DNA of 64,000 nt from the NCBI GenBank assembly GCA_047150005.1, contig AP038806.1:1337176-1401175 (forward strand). The letters run 5' to 3'. Position numbers and translations under genes: made by a program. The number at the start of each line of letters is the position of its first letter. Positions within the stretch are counted from its first letter, which is position 1. Shown one piece after another: positions 18,548-28,681 of this stretch. The notes below the pieces were generated by a model that worked only from the letters and a program-made list of their open reading frames with translations, searched no databases and was not told the origin of the DNA. Origin of the DNA: Nitrospira sp. Its GTDB lineage: Bacteria > Nitrospirota > Nitrospiria > Nitrospirales > Nitrospiraceae.

Positions 18548-18826
18548 ATGCCGGTGATCCACAAGTCAACCATTCGTCGAGCACGGCAGTCCGAAAAACG
18601 GCGGGCGCGGAACCACGCCGCTCTGAGCGTCGTGAAGGGACTCGTCAAGAAAGTCCAGACCGCCGTGGCCGAGAACAAGGCTGAAGATGCCAAGACCTCC
18701 TTGCGGGCAGCCGAAGCAGCCCTCAGCAAGGCGGTGACCAAAGGTATCTTGAAAGCGAATACCGCCTCCCGACGGATTTCACGCCTCACGATCCGCGTCA
18801 ACGCCCTGGGCGCGCCCCGCGCGTAA
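18548..18826 (+). CDS. rpsT: 30S ribosomal protein S20
   Basis: Basic 92-aa protein with HKSTIRRARQSEKRRARN and GILKANTASRRISRL. Confidence 0.97.
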   Translation: MPVIHKSTIRRARQSEKRRARNHAALSVVKGLVKKVQTAVAENKAEDAKTSLRAAEAALSKAVTKGILKANTASRRISRLTIRVNALGAPRA

Positions 18827-19916
18827 CCGTTCGCACGTTTGGAACCGGTTTTGTGCGGCTTCGCTGCACAGATGCGACCGGTTCTCGCATCGAAGCGGTT
18901 GGCTGCGCGTCCCGCTGCTCCCGGTTACACAGCTCGAACATCAGCTGATCCAGGATCCGCTCCGGTCGTCCTGCACTACCGCCCTTGAGCGCATTGTCCG
19001 CTTGCTGGAATCGCCGAAACGCCTCGGTGAGATGCCGCTCTGAAAATCGATCGAGAAAGGCACGGACGCTTGACGGATCCATCCGGAACATCCTTGCCAC
19101 TTCTCCCTGTCGTCCCCCTTGGCCCATGAGGTCTTTGGCTTTCCAGAGACGGCGGTACTGCCAGACCAGCGCACCAAGGATCTTGAGCGGGGCCTCTCCC
19201 GATTCCATGTTCCTCGCCATGATGGCCAACACGCGACCCCGATCTCCGGCACCGATTGCCGCGGTGAGATCAAACACCGACGCGCCAGGTTCTGTGCCCC
19301 GCATGACGGCCACATCCGTCGCGGTCACCGAACGGTTCGCGGGCACATACGAAGCCAGTTTTTCCAGTTCCCGGCGGGCGGCGTAGAGCGATCCCGCACA
19401 CGACTCCTTGAGAAGCCCTACCGCCCCATCGTCCAGCTTGACGCCGAGCCCCGCCGCCTCGCTCTTGAGCCACGGCATGTACTGCGACTCTTTGGGAGGC
19501 GAACAATCGACAATGACGGCGCGCTTCATCAACGTCTGCGTGAATTTCAACCGGCGGTCCAGTTTGGGCCCCGCAAAGACGAGGGTCGTGGAATCATTCG
19601 GGCTCTCCAGATAGGGAAGCAGGGCTTCGGCCTCCTTAGCCGGCAGCTTGTCGGCCCCTTTCACGACGACCAACCGGCGGGACGCGAACACCGCGGATTC
19701 GGAGGCGCAGGCGATAATCTCCGCCCCTTCCGCTTCGTCTCCATGAAACTGACTGCTGTTGAATGCGTCGCCTTGCTCACCAACGACCGCCGCCTTCAGA
19801 CATGCCACAGCCTCATCCCTCAGCAAGTCCTCCTCTCCGACCACCGCGTAGATTGAGGCAGGCTCCGCCTGCTGCAGATGCGACGGAACCTGGGCCGGCA
19901 AAAGCGATGGTGGCAT
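18798..19916 (-). CDS. holA: DNA polymerase III subunit delta
   Basis: IYAVVGEEDLL, VFASRRLVVVK and RRELEKLASY HolA features, in the usual leuS-lptE-holA-rpsT context. Confidence 0.9.
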   Translation of the reverse strand: MPPSLLPAQVPSHLQQAEPASIYAVVGEEDLLRDEAVACLKAAVVGEQGDAFNSSQFHGDEAEGAEIIACASESAVFASRRLVVVKGADKLPAKEAEALLPYLESPNDSTTLVFAGPKLDRRLKFTQTLMKRAVIVDCSPPKESQYMPWLKSEAAGLGVKLDDGAVGLLKESCAGSLYAARRELEKLASYVPANRSVTATDVAVMRGTEPGASVFDLTAAIGAGDRGRVLAIMARNMESGEAPLKILGALVWQYRRLWKAKDLMGQGGRQGEVARMFRMDPSSVRAFLDRFSERHLTEAFRRFQQADNALKGGSAGRPERILDQLMFELCNREQRDAQPTASMREPVASVQRSRTKPVPNVRTVTRGARPGR

Positions 19917-19928
19917 GGCGGTGTACTC

Positions 19929-20594
19929 TTACGGCGCTTTCGATTCGAGTTTGGAATTCGGCTTGGCCAGCTGTCCCGATTCGAGCTGAAGCAAGAAGCG
20001 CGACGCCAAATCCTCGGCCACAAACTTGCCCGCCTGTTCGAGGGACCGGTTTTGAAGCACGCGATTGAACTGGAGATCCGTGGTGATGAAGAATTCCGAA
20101 GCCCCCTTGGCGACTTGCATCCAGACGACACGCTTCGTTCTCGTTTCTTCAACCTTGACGGCAATCACTACCTCCGTTCGGCTTTCAAACGTGGTCGTCT
20201 GGTCGAAGCTCAGCGTCGGAACGACGACCGAGAGGATTTGTCCCGACAGCACGAGGTCCGCGGCCTCCGAATCCGAAACGACCTGCGCCCCGCTTCCTGA
20301 CGCAAACTCATGCCTGAGGTAATTGGTATACCGCGACTCTAAATTCGGCTCGAAGCTCTTGTTCTCCAATGTCCGGATGACCATGCGAGGCGGTGGGGTC
20401 GAGGATGCAGTGGCCGGAGAGCCGCCGATCGTGGGACCGGGACCTTCCACCCGGAACTGGTATCCACAGGCAACCGGCAGCACGGCCATCGATAGGGCCA
20501 GACCGGTGCACAGCATGAACGATTGGGTGACGGAGACGCGAGCCGGGCTGCGCCGTGAGGCGCGGGCAGATGCTTCTGCGGGCGTGCGGTTCAT
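19929..20594 (-). CDS. lptE: LPS-assembly lipoprotein LptE family
   Basis: Lipobox-like VAC-GYQFR, position between leuS and holA, and a TGATG overlap with the leuS stop. Confidence 0.8.
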   Translation of the reverse strand: MNRTPAEASARASRRSPARVSVTQSFMLCTGLALSMAVLPVACGYQFRVEGPGPTIGGSPATASSTPPPRMVIRTLENKSFEPNLESRYTNYLRHEFASGSGAQVVSDSEAADLVLSGQILSVVVPTLSFDQTTTFESRTEVVIAVKVEETRTKRVVWMQVAKGASEFFITTDLQFNRVLQNRSLEQAGKFVAEDLASRFLLQLESGQLAKPNSKLESKAP

Positions 20595-23029
20595 CAGACG
20601 ACGAAATTGATCAACTTTTTCTCGACGTACACGACTTTTTTCAGTTCCTTCCCGTTCAGCCATTCGGCCGCTCGGGCTCTGGCCAAGCCTTCGACTTCAT
20701 CGCGCGTGGAGTCGAGGGACACCTCGATCTTGCCGCGAAGCTTGCCGTTGATCTGAATCGGAATCGTCACCGTGTCGCTGACGATGAGCGCCGGATCGAA
20801 GGTCGGCCACGCCTGTTGCGAAACACTCGGCGGATGACCGAGCAGCGCCCACAGTTCCTCGGCCAGATGAGGGGCAAACGGAGAGAGCAACAAGATGAAC
20901 GGCTCGATCACGGCTCGAGGCCGCCGCTCGGCCTTCGTCATCTCGTTGGTGAAGACCATCATCTGCGAGATCGCCGTATTGAATCGGAGGGCTTCGATAT
21001 CGTCGGTCACCTTCTTGATCGTCTGATGCAATACCCGTTGCTGCTCCATACCGGGAGGATCGTCGGTAATCGCTCCGGAAACCCGCCCCTCTTCGGTGAT
21101 CATGAGTCGCCAGACTCGTTCGAGAAAGCGTGTCACCCCTTCCACGCCTCTGGTACTCCAGGGCTTCATCGCTTCGAGCGGCCCCATGAACATTTCGTAG
21201 AGGCGCACCGCATCGGCCCCGAACTGGTCCATCATGTCATCCGGATTCACGACGTTGCCGCGGGATTTGGACATCTTCTGATTGTCTTCTCCGAGGACGA
21301 TGCCCTGATGGACCAGTTTCTTGAACGGTTCCGGCGTGCCGACGACGCCGATGTCGTACAGGACCTTATGCCAGAAGCGGGCATACAGGAGGTGCAGGAC
21401 GGCATGCTCGCTGCCGCCGACATAGAGGTCAACGGGCATCCAATACCGCTCTTTGGCCGGATCCACGAGGTGCTTCTCGTTGTCCGGGTCGATGAACCGC
21501 AGGTAGTACCAGCAGGATCCTGCCCATTGCGGCATGGTGTTGGTTTCCCGCCTGGCCGGCTTGCCGCTCGTCGGATCGGCGGTGTCGAGCCAACTCTCCA
21601 GATTGGCCAACGGGCTTTCCCCCGTCCCCGACGGCTTGAAATTCTTCGTTTCTGGCAGTCGCAGCGGCAGCTGTTCTTCGGGAATCGGCTGCGGCGTGCC
21701 GTCTACCCACAGAATCGGGAAGGGCTCGCCCCAGTAGCGTTGGCGGGCAAAGAGCCAGTCCCGCAGCTTGTAGTTGACCGTCTTCCGGCCTTGACCGCGC
21801 GATTCCAGCCACGCGGTGATCTTCGGGATGGCCTCAACCGGCGACAGTCCGTCGATCGAACACGAACCGTCCGGTGCGGTCGAGTTGACGACCCGCCCGA
21901 CCTCGGTGTCGACATACGCCGCGCGCTCGACGTTTCCGCCGGCAATGACTTCACGAATCGGGAGTTCATAGGTCTTGGCAAACGCCCAGTCGCGCGCGTC
22001 ATGGCCCGGCACGGCCATGATCGCTCCTGTTCCGTAGCTCATCAGGACATAGTCCGCGATCCAAATCGGCACCGCCTCCCCGTTGACCGGATTGACGGCG
22101 TGACTTCCGGTGAAGACACCGGTCTTGTCCTTCTGCAGATCCTGGCGCTGCAAGTCGCTTTTCTTGGCCGCGGCCTCCCGATAGAGAGCGACCTCGTCCC
22201 GCCGTTCCGCGGTCGTCACGGCCCCGGCCAGGGGATGCTCCGGAGAGAGAACCAAGTAGGTGGCTCCGAACAGCGTGTCAGGTCTGGTGGTGAACACGCG
22301 AATAGCCGCGTTTGCGTTGGCCAGACGGAATTCCACTTCCGCGCCGATCGAACGACCGATCCAGTTCTTCTGCATTTCAAGCGTGCTGGCCGGCCATTCC
22401 ACCAGTCGAAGATCGTCGAGCAATCGATCGGCATAGGCGGTGATCTTCAGCATCCATTGACGCATGGGTCGCCGCACGACCTCGAATCCTCCGACCTCGC
22501 TTTTTCCGTCGACAATTTCCTCGTTTGCCAGAACCGTACCGAGAGCGGGACACCAATTGACCGGGACTTCCGCCACGTAGGCGAGTCCGCGCTTGAACAA
22601 TTGCAGGAAAATCCACTGTGTCCAACGGTAGTAGTCCGGGTCGGTCGTGCTGAGTTCGCGCTCCCAATCGTACGAAAGCCCGATCCGCTTCATCTGCCGC
22701 TTGAACGTCGCGATGTTCTCGGCCGTCGTGATGGCGGGATGGATGCCCGTCTTGACGGCATATTGTTCGGCCGGCAAGCCGAACGCGTCCCACCCCATCG
22801 GATGCAGCACATTGAATCCCCGCATCCGCTTGTAGCGGGAGACGATGTCGGTCGCCGTGTAGCCTTCGAGATGGCCGACGTGGAGGCCTGATCCCGAGGG
22901 ATAGGGGAACATATCCAAACAGTAGTATTTCGGTTTGGACGGGTCATCCGTGGCGCGAAAGGGTCGATGCGCCTCCCAATAGGCCTGCCACTTCGCCTCA
23001 ATCGCGTGATGATCGTACGTCTTGCTCAT
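20594..23029 (-). CDS. leuS: Leucine--tRNA ligase
   Basis: [14 protein letters not shown] (HIGH-like) and KMSKS motifs, plus the editing domain [10 protein letters not shown]. Confidence 0.98.
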   Translation of the reverse strand: MSKTYDHHAIEAKWQAYWEAHRPFRATDDPSKPKYYCLDMFPYPSGSGLHVGHLEGYTATDIVSRYKRMRGFNVLHPMGWDAFGLPAEQYAVKTGIHPAITTAENIATFKRQMKRIGLSYDWERELSTTDPDYYRWTQWIFLQLFKRGLAYVAEVPVNWCPALGTVLANEEIVDGKSEVGGFEVVRRPMRQWMLKITAYADRLLDDLRLVEWPASTLEMQKNWIGRSIGAEVEFRLANANAAIRVFTTRPDTLFGATYLVLSPEHPLAGAVTTAERRDEVALYREAAAKKSDLQRQDLQKDKTGVFTGSHAVNPVNGEAVPIWIADYVLMSYGTGAIMAVPGHDARDWAFAKTYELPIREVIAGGNVERAAYVDTEVGRVVNSTAPDGSCSIDGLSPVEAIPKITAWLESRGQGRKTVNYKLRDWLFARQRYWGEPFPILWVDGTPQPIPEEQLPLRLPETKNFKPSGTGESPLANLESWLDTADPTSGKPARRETNTMPQWAGSCWYYLRFIDPDNEKHLVDPAKERYWMPVDLYVGGSEHAVLHLLYARFWHKVLYDIGVVGTPEPFKKLVHQGIVLGEDNQKMSKSRGNVVNPDDMMDQFGADAVRLYEMFMGPLEAMKPWSTRGVEGVTRFLERVWRLMITEEGRVSGAITDDPPGMEQQRVLHQTIKKVTDDIEALRFNTAISQMMVFTNEMTKAERRPRAVIEPFILLLSPFAPHLAEELWALLGHPPSVSQQAWPTFDPALIVSDTVTIPIQINGKLRGKIEVSLDSTRDEVEGLARARAAEWLNGKELKKVVYVEKKLINFVV

Positions 23030-23168
23030 GTGCGTTGGGTAAACGGCTGCTGGAGACCACAATCAAAGAGGAGGACTCTAACATAGACCAGCCGGAGCAA
23101 CAAGAATCTTGGGGAACGCGAGGGAGCGGGAGCGCGCGAGAATCGGATCGAGAGGCCCGGCGGGTCGT

Positions 23169-23255
23169 TTAGAAGTGGTAGCCGACGCCGAAGACGAAAT
23201 GATTCAGCGTAGCCACCGAATTGATGCCGTAGTGATTGATATCGGCCTGACCGGG
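23169..23255 (-). pseudogene. 3' remnant of an outer-membrane beta-barrel gene
   Basis: Hand translation PGQADINHYGINSVATLNHFVFGVGYHF*. It ends in an alternating strand with a terminal Phe (BAM beta-signal-like). An in-frame TGA lies immediately upstream and there is no start codon. Confidence 0.55.
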
Positions 23256-23342
23256 TCAGTGTTCCAGCTTCCTCACAGACTAGCCTCCTGAGGATGCGCA
23301 GGTTATTCTTCGTTCGAAGTGGACCGCCGTAGGGAGGGGGGA

Positions 23343-24026
23343 ATGGGACTGTACTCGGCGTACGTCTTTCCGCGCCTCATGGACTGGCTGATGCGCGGCA
23401 AGGAGTTTCAGCGCCTCAGAAGCTCACTCTTAACCGTCGTCCGCGGGAACGTCCTGGAGATCGGGTTTGGTTCGGGCCTCAATTTGACTCATTACCCGTC
23501 CGCCGTTCGACGCCTGACGGCCGCAGACCCGGCTCGCTTTCTGCCTCATGTCGTGGCTCGACGAATGGCTGCAGTCCCCTTCCCCGTCGAGATCCACCAC
23601 CGGGCTGCGGAGGCATTGCCGTTTGCCGATCACCAATTCGACTGGGTGGTCAGCACCTGGACGTTGTGCAGTATCGCGGATCCGCTCCAGGCTCTGGCGG
23701 AGGTTCGACGGGTGCTCAAGCCCGGCGGACGATTCATCTTTCTGGAACACGGGCGATGCCAAGACGAGCGTATCGCAGCCTGGCAAGACCGGCTCAACCC
23801 GATCCAGAACGTCCTTGGATGCGGCTGTCACCTGAACCGCCGGATCGACCGGCTCATCGAGCACAGCGGCTTCCGGCTCATCCAATTGGAGCGATTTCAC
23901 ATGACCGGAGTGCCGAAGCTCGTCGGGGCGATGTACCAAGGCTGGGCCGAGCCGGCGACTCGGTCAGCGGGAGGAGGCCACGGTCCCATTGAGGAGGGAC
24001 GAAAGATCCTGGACCGACCGAAATGA
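23343..24026 (+). CDS. Class I SAM-dependent methyltransferase
   Basis: VLEIGFGSGLN motif I, FDWVVSTWTLCS and VLKPGGRFIFLEHG. Confidence 0.92.
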   Translation: MGLYSAYVFPRLMDWLMRGKEFQRLRSSLLTVVRGNVLEIGFGSGLNLTHYPSAVRRLTAADPARFLPHVVARRMAAVPFPVEIHHRAAEALPFADHQFDWVVSTWTLCSIADPLQALAEVRRVLKPGGRFIFLEHGRCQDERIAAWQDRLNPIQNVLGCGCHLNRRIDRLIEHSGFRLIQLERFHMTGVPKLVGAMYQGWAEPATRSAGGGHGPIEEGRKILDRPK

Positions 24027-24668
24027 GGCCGAAAATGCCGGCGGCGATTTCGTGCTGGACCTCGCGCTGTGAAGGAGATGGAGAATGCCGAACTGTCTGG
24101 CCGCCGCCAAACAGCGCTCGTCGTCGTCAATGAAGAGGGTCCTGGTCGGATCAAACTTCACCAATTCCAGACAGGCCGGCCAATATTGTGGACGCATCTT
24201 CAGATAGCCGACTTCAAACGCGTCGACGATGCGGTCTACCCGACGCTGGAGGCCGGTCTTGGCCGTCTTGATCTCGACGCCCGCCGGATGGGCGTTCGTG
24301 AGGACGGTCACTCGTTTCTTTCGATGTCTGACGGCGGACAGGAACGCCGCCGCGCCGGGCAGGAACCCGATCATGTGGTCCAATTCTCGGTGCATGGCCA
24401 CCACGTCAATACCGACCCGGGACGTCCAGTAATGAAGATCGGTCCAGGCGAGCTCTTCTTCGACCGAGCGGTACATCGCCATTAAACGCGCCCGGGATTC
24501 GTCGAGCGACAGCTTCTCGCGTAACGCGTACCGGCGGGGTAACTCTTCTTCGAAAAAGAAATTGTCGAAGTGACGGTCCAGCAGGGTCCCATCCATGTCG
24601 ACCAGGACGTCGTCGATCTGGGACCAATCGAGTACCGGGGGCACCTCGGCCGATGGAGACGGGTTCAT
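23964..24668 (-). CDS. yrfG: HAD-superfamily hydrolase, YrfG-like GMP/IMP nucleotidase
   Basis: VLVDMDGTLLDRHFDNFFF motif I, LTNAHP and LFIDDD. Confidence 0.85.
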   Translation of the reverse strand: MNPSPSAEVPPVLDWSQIDDVLVDMDGTLLDRHFDNFFFEEELPRRYALREKLSLDESRARLMAMYRSVEEELAWTDLHYWTSRVGIDVVAMHRELDHMIGFLPGAAAFLSAVRHRKKRVTVLTNAHPAGVEIKTAKTGLQRRVDRIVDAFEVGYLKMRPQYWPACLELVKFDPTRTLFIDDDERCLAAARQFGILHLLHSARSSTKSPPAFSASFRSVQDLSSLLNGTVASSR

Positions 24669-24836
24669 CGGATAGAGTATAGCCGAGGCCGGGGGCGAAA
24701 ACGACCCAATGGCTCGGTACGCCCGAGGCCGGGGGCTGTTGTCTTTGAGAAAATTCCTATGTTAGGGTCCGAGAGTCCTGCACACAGTCTGGCTCCCATG
24801 TCTTCGCACGCCACCTTCAACTCTCTACCGTCACCG

Positions 24837-26150
24837 ATGCCGTTGGTCGCGATCATCGGGCGGCCGAATGTCGGCAAGTCGACGCTGTTCAACCGCATCC
24901 TCGGCAGTCGAACCGCCATCGTCGACGATGTCCCCGGTGTGACCCGGGATCGAAACTATGCGGATACCAACTACCGGAACCGTCCTTTTCGGCTGATCGA
25001 CACCGGCGGACTCGAGCCGGCTGCCTCGGATGGGATGCTGGCCCTCATCAGGCGACAATCCGAACTGGCTATCGCCGAAGCCGACGTGCTGATCCTTCTG
25101 ATGGACGGACGAGCCGGCTTGACGCCGCAGGACCAGGAGGTCGTCCGGCTCCTGCGCGGCACCACCAAGCCGTTGTTCGTGGCCATCAACAAGATCGACA
25201 CACCGAAGACCGAAGTCCTGGTCGCGGATTTCTATCAGCTCGGGATCGAGTCGTTGTTCCCGATCTCGGCCGAACACGGAATCGGCGTGGCCGACCTGCT
25301 GGATGCCCTGTATCCGTTGCTGTCCGACCAGCAGGACACCGGCGAACAGAGCCCGGTGCCGCGCATCGCGGTGGTGGGGAGACCGAATGTCGGCAAGTCC
25401 ACGCTCGTCAACGCGGTGTTGGGAGAGGAACGGGTCGTGGTGAGCGACGTTCCCGGCACGACCCGGGATGCCGTCGATTCGCTTGCGACGTACGAGGGAC
25501 GACGATACCTGTTCACGGATACGGCGGGCATCCGCCGTCGCGGGAAGGTCGATCGTGGGATCGAGGGATACAGCGTGGCCCGTTCGCTGCGGGCCATCGG
25601 CCGATCCGATGTCGCGGTCCTGCTGCTCGACGGCGAGGAAGGCATTACCGAACAGGACACCAAGATCGCCGGCCTCGTCATCAGGCAGGGTCGCGCCTGC
25701 CTGCTGCTGGTGAACAAGTGGGACTTGCGGGAAGGGGACGCGCAGGCCCGGCAACGGTTCGAGCAGGATCTCAAGCGGCGCTTTCCTTTCCTCACCTGGG
25801 CGCCGGTCCTCTTCGGCGCCGCCGTCAAACCCGATTCGTTGCGACGCCTCTTCCCCGCCATCGACGATGTCTATGCCTCGTTCACCCGGCGGATACCAAC
25901 CGGCGAACTCAATCAACTGCTTCAGACCATTCTCGCCACCCATCCGCTGCCTTCCCGCAAAGGGAAGCCGACGAAGATCACGAAATCGGCCTTCATGACG
26001 CAGGTCGCGACGAGACCTCCCGTTTTCGCCCTGTTTGTCGGGCATCCGGAAAACATGACGCCGGCATACCTGCGCTACCTCGAACACCGGCTCCGAAAAG
26101 AGCACGGCTTCTCGGGCACCCCTATTCGGCTCCTCGTCCGGAAAAAATAG
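24837..26150 (+). CDS. der: Ribosome biogenesis GTPase Der (EngA)
   Basis: Two GTPase domains (GRPNVGKS twice, DTGG/DTAG, NKID/NKWD) and a C-terminal KH-like domain. Alternative start at 24798. Confidence 0.97.
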   Translation: MPLVAIIGRPNVGKSTLFNRILGSRTAIVDDVPGVTRDRNYADTNYRNRPFRLIDTGGLEPAASDGMLALIRRQSELAIAEADVLILLMDGRAGLTPQDQEVVRLLRGTTKPLFVAINKIDTPKTEVLVADFYQLGIESLFPISAEHGIGVADLLDALYPLLSDQQDTGEQSPVPRIAVVGRPNVGKSTLVNAVLGEERVVVSDVPGTTRDAVDSLATYEGRRYLFTDTAGIRRRGKVDRGIEGYSVARSLRAIGRSDVAVLLLDGEEGITEQDTKIAGLVIRQGRACLLLVNKWDLREGDAQARQRFEQDLKRRFPFLTWAPVLFGAAVKPDSLRRLFPAIDDVYASFTRRIPTGELNQLLQTILATHPLPSRKGKPTKITKSAFMTQVATRPPVFALFVGHPENMTPAYLRYLEHRLRKEHGFSGTPIRLLVRKK

Positions 26151-26308
26151 CGGACAGTTCCGTCCACCGAACGACTGAGTTTGTGCGCGATACCGATCCG
26201 ACATCGCATCCCTTTTCGTATTGGCCGAGATTCCGGGTGACCAGACCGGTATGCAGGCGGGTTTGACTCTTGCAGATCCCCGATGCCGTTCTTCAATCGG
26301 GGGCCGCC

Positions 26309-26758
26309 ATGCCAGAGACCGTACCGCAGTCCTCACGATCCGCCCTCGGTGAAGCCAGCCATCCGGTCCACCATCCCGCATCGGCTCCCATATCTCCGCC
26401 GCCCCCCGACCGCTTCGATTCGTACGATTGCGGCGTGATTCTGCTGTCCGCCCCGACCCGCATACTGCACATGAACGGACAAGCCTGCGCGCTGATGGCT
26501 CTGTTCGGCGGTGCACACGGCCTGTGGCCGAATCTGGCGCCCGAATCCATGCCCACCATCCTCGTCGAATTCTGCCGCGAGATCGTGGCGGAATTGGAAC
26601 ACCGTGCACAAGGAGGCCGGTGGGAACAGTTCGAGATGCACCGCGTCTGCCACATGATCACCCCGCCGCTCTTGCTCAGGGGATTCGGTATTCCCGTCTC
26701 ACCCGATCGCGAACCTCGCATGATCCTCCTGTTGCAACCCTACGCCCCCCTCGCCTGA
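26309..26758 (+). CDS. Hypothetical protein, possibly PAS-like
   Basis: CGVILLSAPTRILHMNGQACAL resembles a PAS N-terminal segment. No output domain is present. Confidence 0.6.
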   Translation: MPETVPQSSRSALGEASHPVHHPASAPISPPPPDRFDSYDCGVILLSAPTRILHMNGQACALMALFGGAHGLWPNLAPESMPTILVEFCREIVAELEHRAQGGRWEQFEMHRVCHMITPPLLLRGFGIPVSPDREPRMILLLQPYAPLA

Positions 26759-26885
26759 ACCCGGGCGCGCGCCGACCGTCCAACAGGTCTTTCGTCTTGA
26801 CTCCTCTGGATCAGCATGGTTTATTCCACAAGGCTGTGGTTGACGCGAGTCCGGCCGACCGCTCGACGAATCACCCAAGAAATTT

Positions 26886-27731
26886 ATGATCCTTCCTTCG
26901 ATACGGGCCGCTCGTTTTCGGTGCGGTACCCTCGCGCTGTCTGTGACGCTGGTTTGGGCGGTCCTCGGCCCATGTGTTCCCGCCATCCCTCAGAGCACGG
27001 ATCAGTCTCCTCCTGATTCCGCGGACACAACGGAGCCGGCCTCCCAGGATTCCGACGAGATCGCAGACCCGTCCATCACGTTACGCGGCTCGGTCTGGCG
27101 GACGAAAGCGGGGATCGTGTTCCTTAGGACCCCCATCGGCACGCTGACCCTGAGTTCGAAAACCACGCTGAAGGATCTGAGAGCCTCGCATGAGGTTCGC
27201 TTCTGGGTCCACGAACACCACTTGGTCGTGGAGATTCTGAAGAAGAGCGACGGCTCGCGAATTCACCGCTACCTGGCGGGTCCCATGACCCCGGGCTCGG
27301 ACGCGCCGAACACGCTGCGATGGTGGACGCCGGACGGCGACGAAACGACTCACGTCGGGACGCAGCAAACGCGCCTGGCGGCCTTTCATGAGGGCGATCC
27401 GTTGACGGTCGAGGTCGACGATTTCCACACCATCATCGGCGTCCATGACCTGCAATACGATCTCCAGATCAGTCAGACTCCACCGGTCGGTTCCGATGCG
27501 CGGGTCTTGTTGTCCGGAACCGTGTTGAAACTCAAATCCAACTTTATTTTTCTCCGCACGCCGGTCGGCGTCGTGATGGTCAACTCCAAGATCGGCGTTC
27601 CTCACGTCAAGGTCGGCCAGTCGCTGACCCTCAGGATCGATAGCCAGCAGGTCACGGTCGACCTTGAATCGGGCGCGCCGCCTTTGCGAGACCATCACGT
27701 TCCCGCTTCGTCCTCAGCCCCGAACCCGTGA
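26886..27731 (+). CDS. Exported hypothetical protein with an internal beta-rich repeat
   Basis: Signal peptide and two similar units: LRGSVWRTKAGIVFLRTPIGTLTLSSK and LSGTVLKLKSNFIFLRTPVGVVMVNSK. Confidence 0.75.
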   Translation: MILPSIRAARFRCGTLALSVTLVWAVLGPCVPAIPQSTDQSPPDSADTTEPASQDSDEIADPSITLRGSVWRTKAGIVFLRTPIGTLTLSSKTTLKDLRASHEVRFWVHEHHLVVEILKKSDGSRIHRYLAGPMTPGSDAPNTLRWWTPDGDETTHVGTQQTRLAAFHEGDPLTVEVDDFHTIIGVHDLQYDLQISQTPPVGSDARVLLSGTVLKLKSNFIFLRTPVGVVMVNSKIGVPHVKVGQSLTLRIDSQQVTVDLESGAPPLRDHHVPASSSAPNP

Positions 27732-27743
27732 GCGCCGGCATTC

Positions 27744-28376
27744 ATGCGTCGCACGTCACCTTCCAAATCATCCCGCACCTCACGGCAGCCGGATGATTTT
27801 GATAAACTGTACCGAGACCATGTGGATTTGGTGTATCGATACGCGCATCGACTCTGCGGCGAAATGGAGTCGGCCAAGGATCTCGTCCAAGAAACCTTTC
27901 TCAACGCCTACAGAGGCTTCCGAGGATTTCGCGGCGACGCACGGATCTCGACCTGGCTCTATACGATCGCAACGCGCGCCTGTATGCGCATGCGACGCAA
28001 ACGCAGGGGGCAACCGGAGCGCGAGCTGTCGCTCGACGAGTTCATTCCGACCTCCGAGGGCGAATTTCATCTGCAGATTCCGGTCGACGGACTGACCCCC
28101 GAAGAAGCGCTCGAGAACAAGGAGTTGCGAGAAGCATTGGATCAGGCCATTCAAAAGTTGCCGAGCAAGTACCGCATGACCTTGGTGCTTCGGGACATGG
28201 AAGGGCTGAGCGCGAAGGAGGTCGGCACCATCATGGGCGCGAACGAACGGGCAGTGAAATCCCGCCTGCACCGAGCGAGACTGTTCGTCAGGCGCGAATT
28301 GAGCGCGCGAGGCCTCACCGAGTCGGCACGAGACTCAGACGCAGGATCACGCGAGTCTGGAGGGTTCCCGGCATGA
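27744..28376 (+). CDS. ECF-type sigma-70 factor
   Basis: Region 2 AKDLVQETFLNAY...TWLYTIA and region 4 RMTLVLRDMEGLSAKEVG...VKSRLHRAR. Confidence 0.95.
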   Translation: MRRTSPSKSSRTSRQPDDFDKLYRDHVDLVYRYAHRLCGEMESAKDLVQETFLNAYRGFRGFRGDARISTWLYTIATRACMRMRRKRRGQPERELSLDEFIPTSEGEFHLQIPVDGLTPEEALENKELREALDQAIQKLPSKYRMTLVLRDMEGLSAKEVGTIMGANERAVKSRLHRARLFVRRELSARGLTESARDSDAGSRESGGFPA

Positions 28377-28681
28377 AGAAATCCAAAACCGGTTCGCGCA
28401 GACCTGGCCGGCCGACGCATCGCTCCTCTCACCGCCCCGGTCGCTGCCTGCACATCCTTCGCCAGCTGTCGGCCTACATCGACGACGAGCTCCCCTCCGA
28501 GATCTGCCGAGAGCTGCGCCGGCACCTCGGAACGTGCCCGAACTGCGAAGTGTTCGTCGCGTCGCTGCGGGAAACCGTAAGACTGTGCTGTCATCGACCG
28601 ACACCGCATCTCTCGACCTCCGAACGAGCGAGGCTGCGTCGCGAGATTCTCCAAGCGTCCCGATCGGGATCTCGAGGGTAG
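28373..28681 (+). CDS. Soluble zinc-finger (ZAS / zf-HC2) anti-sigma factor
   Basis: LSAYIDDEL...HLGTCPNC (HxxxCxxC), ATGA overlap with the sigma gene, and no TM helix. Confidence 0.9.
   Translation: MKKSKTGSRRPGRPTHRSSHRPGRCLHILRQLSAYIDDELPSEICRELRRHLGTCPNCEVFVASLRETVRLCCHRPTPHLSTSERARLRREILQASRSGSRG

Noticed and set aside
23030-23168. T-box or attenuator upstream of leuS
   Set aside because: No T-box consensus or specifier stem is recognisable.
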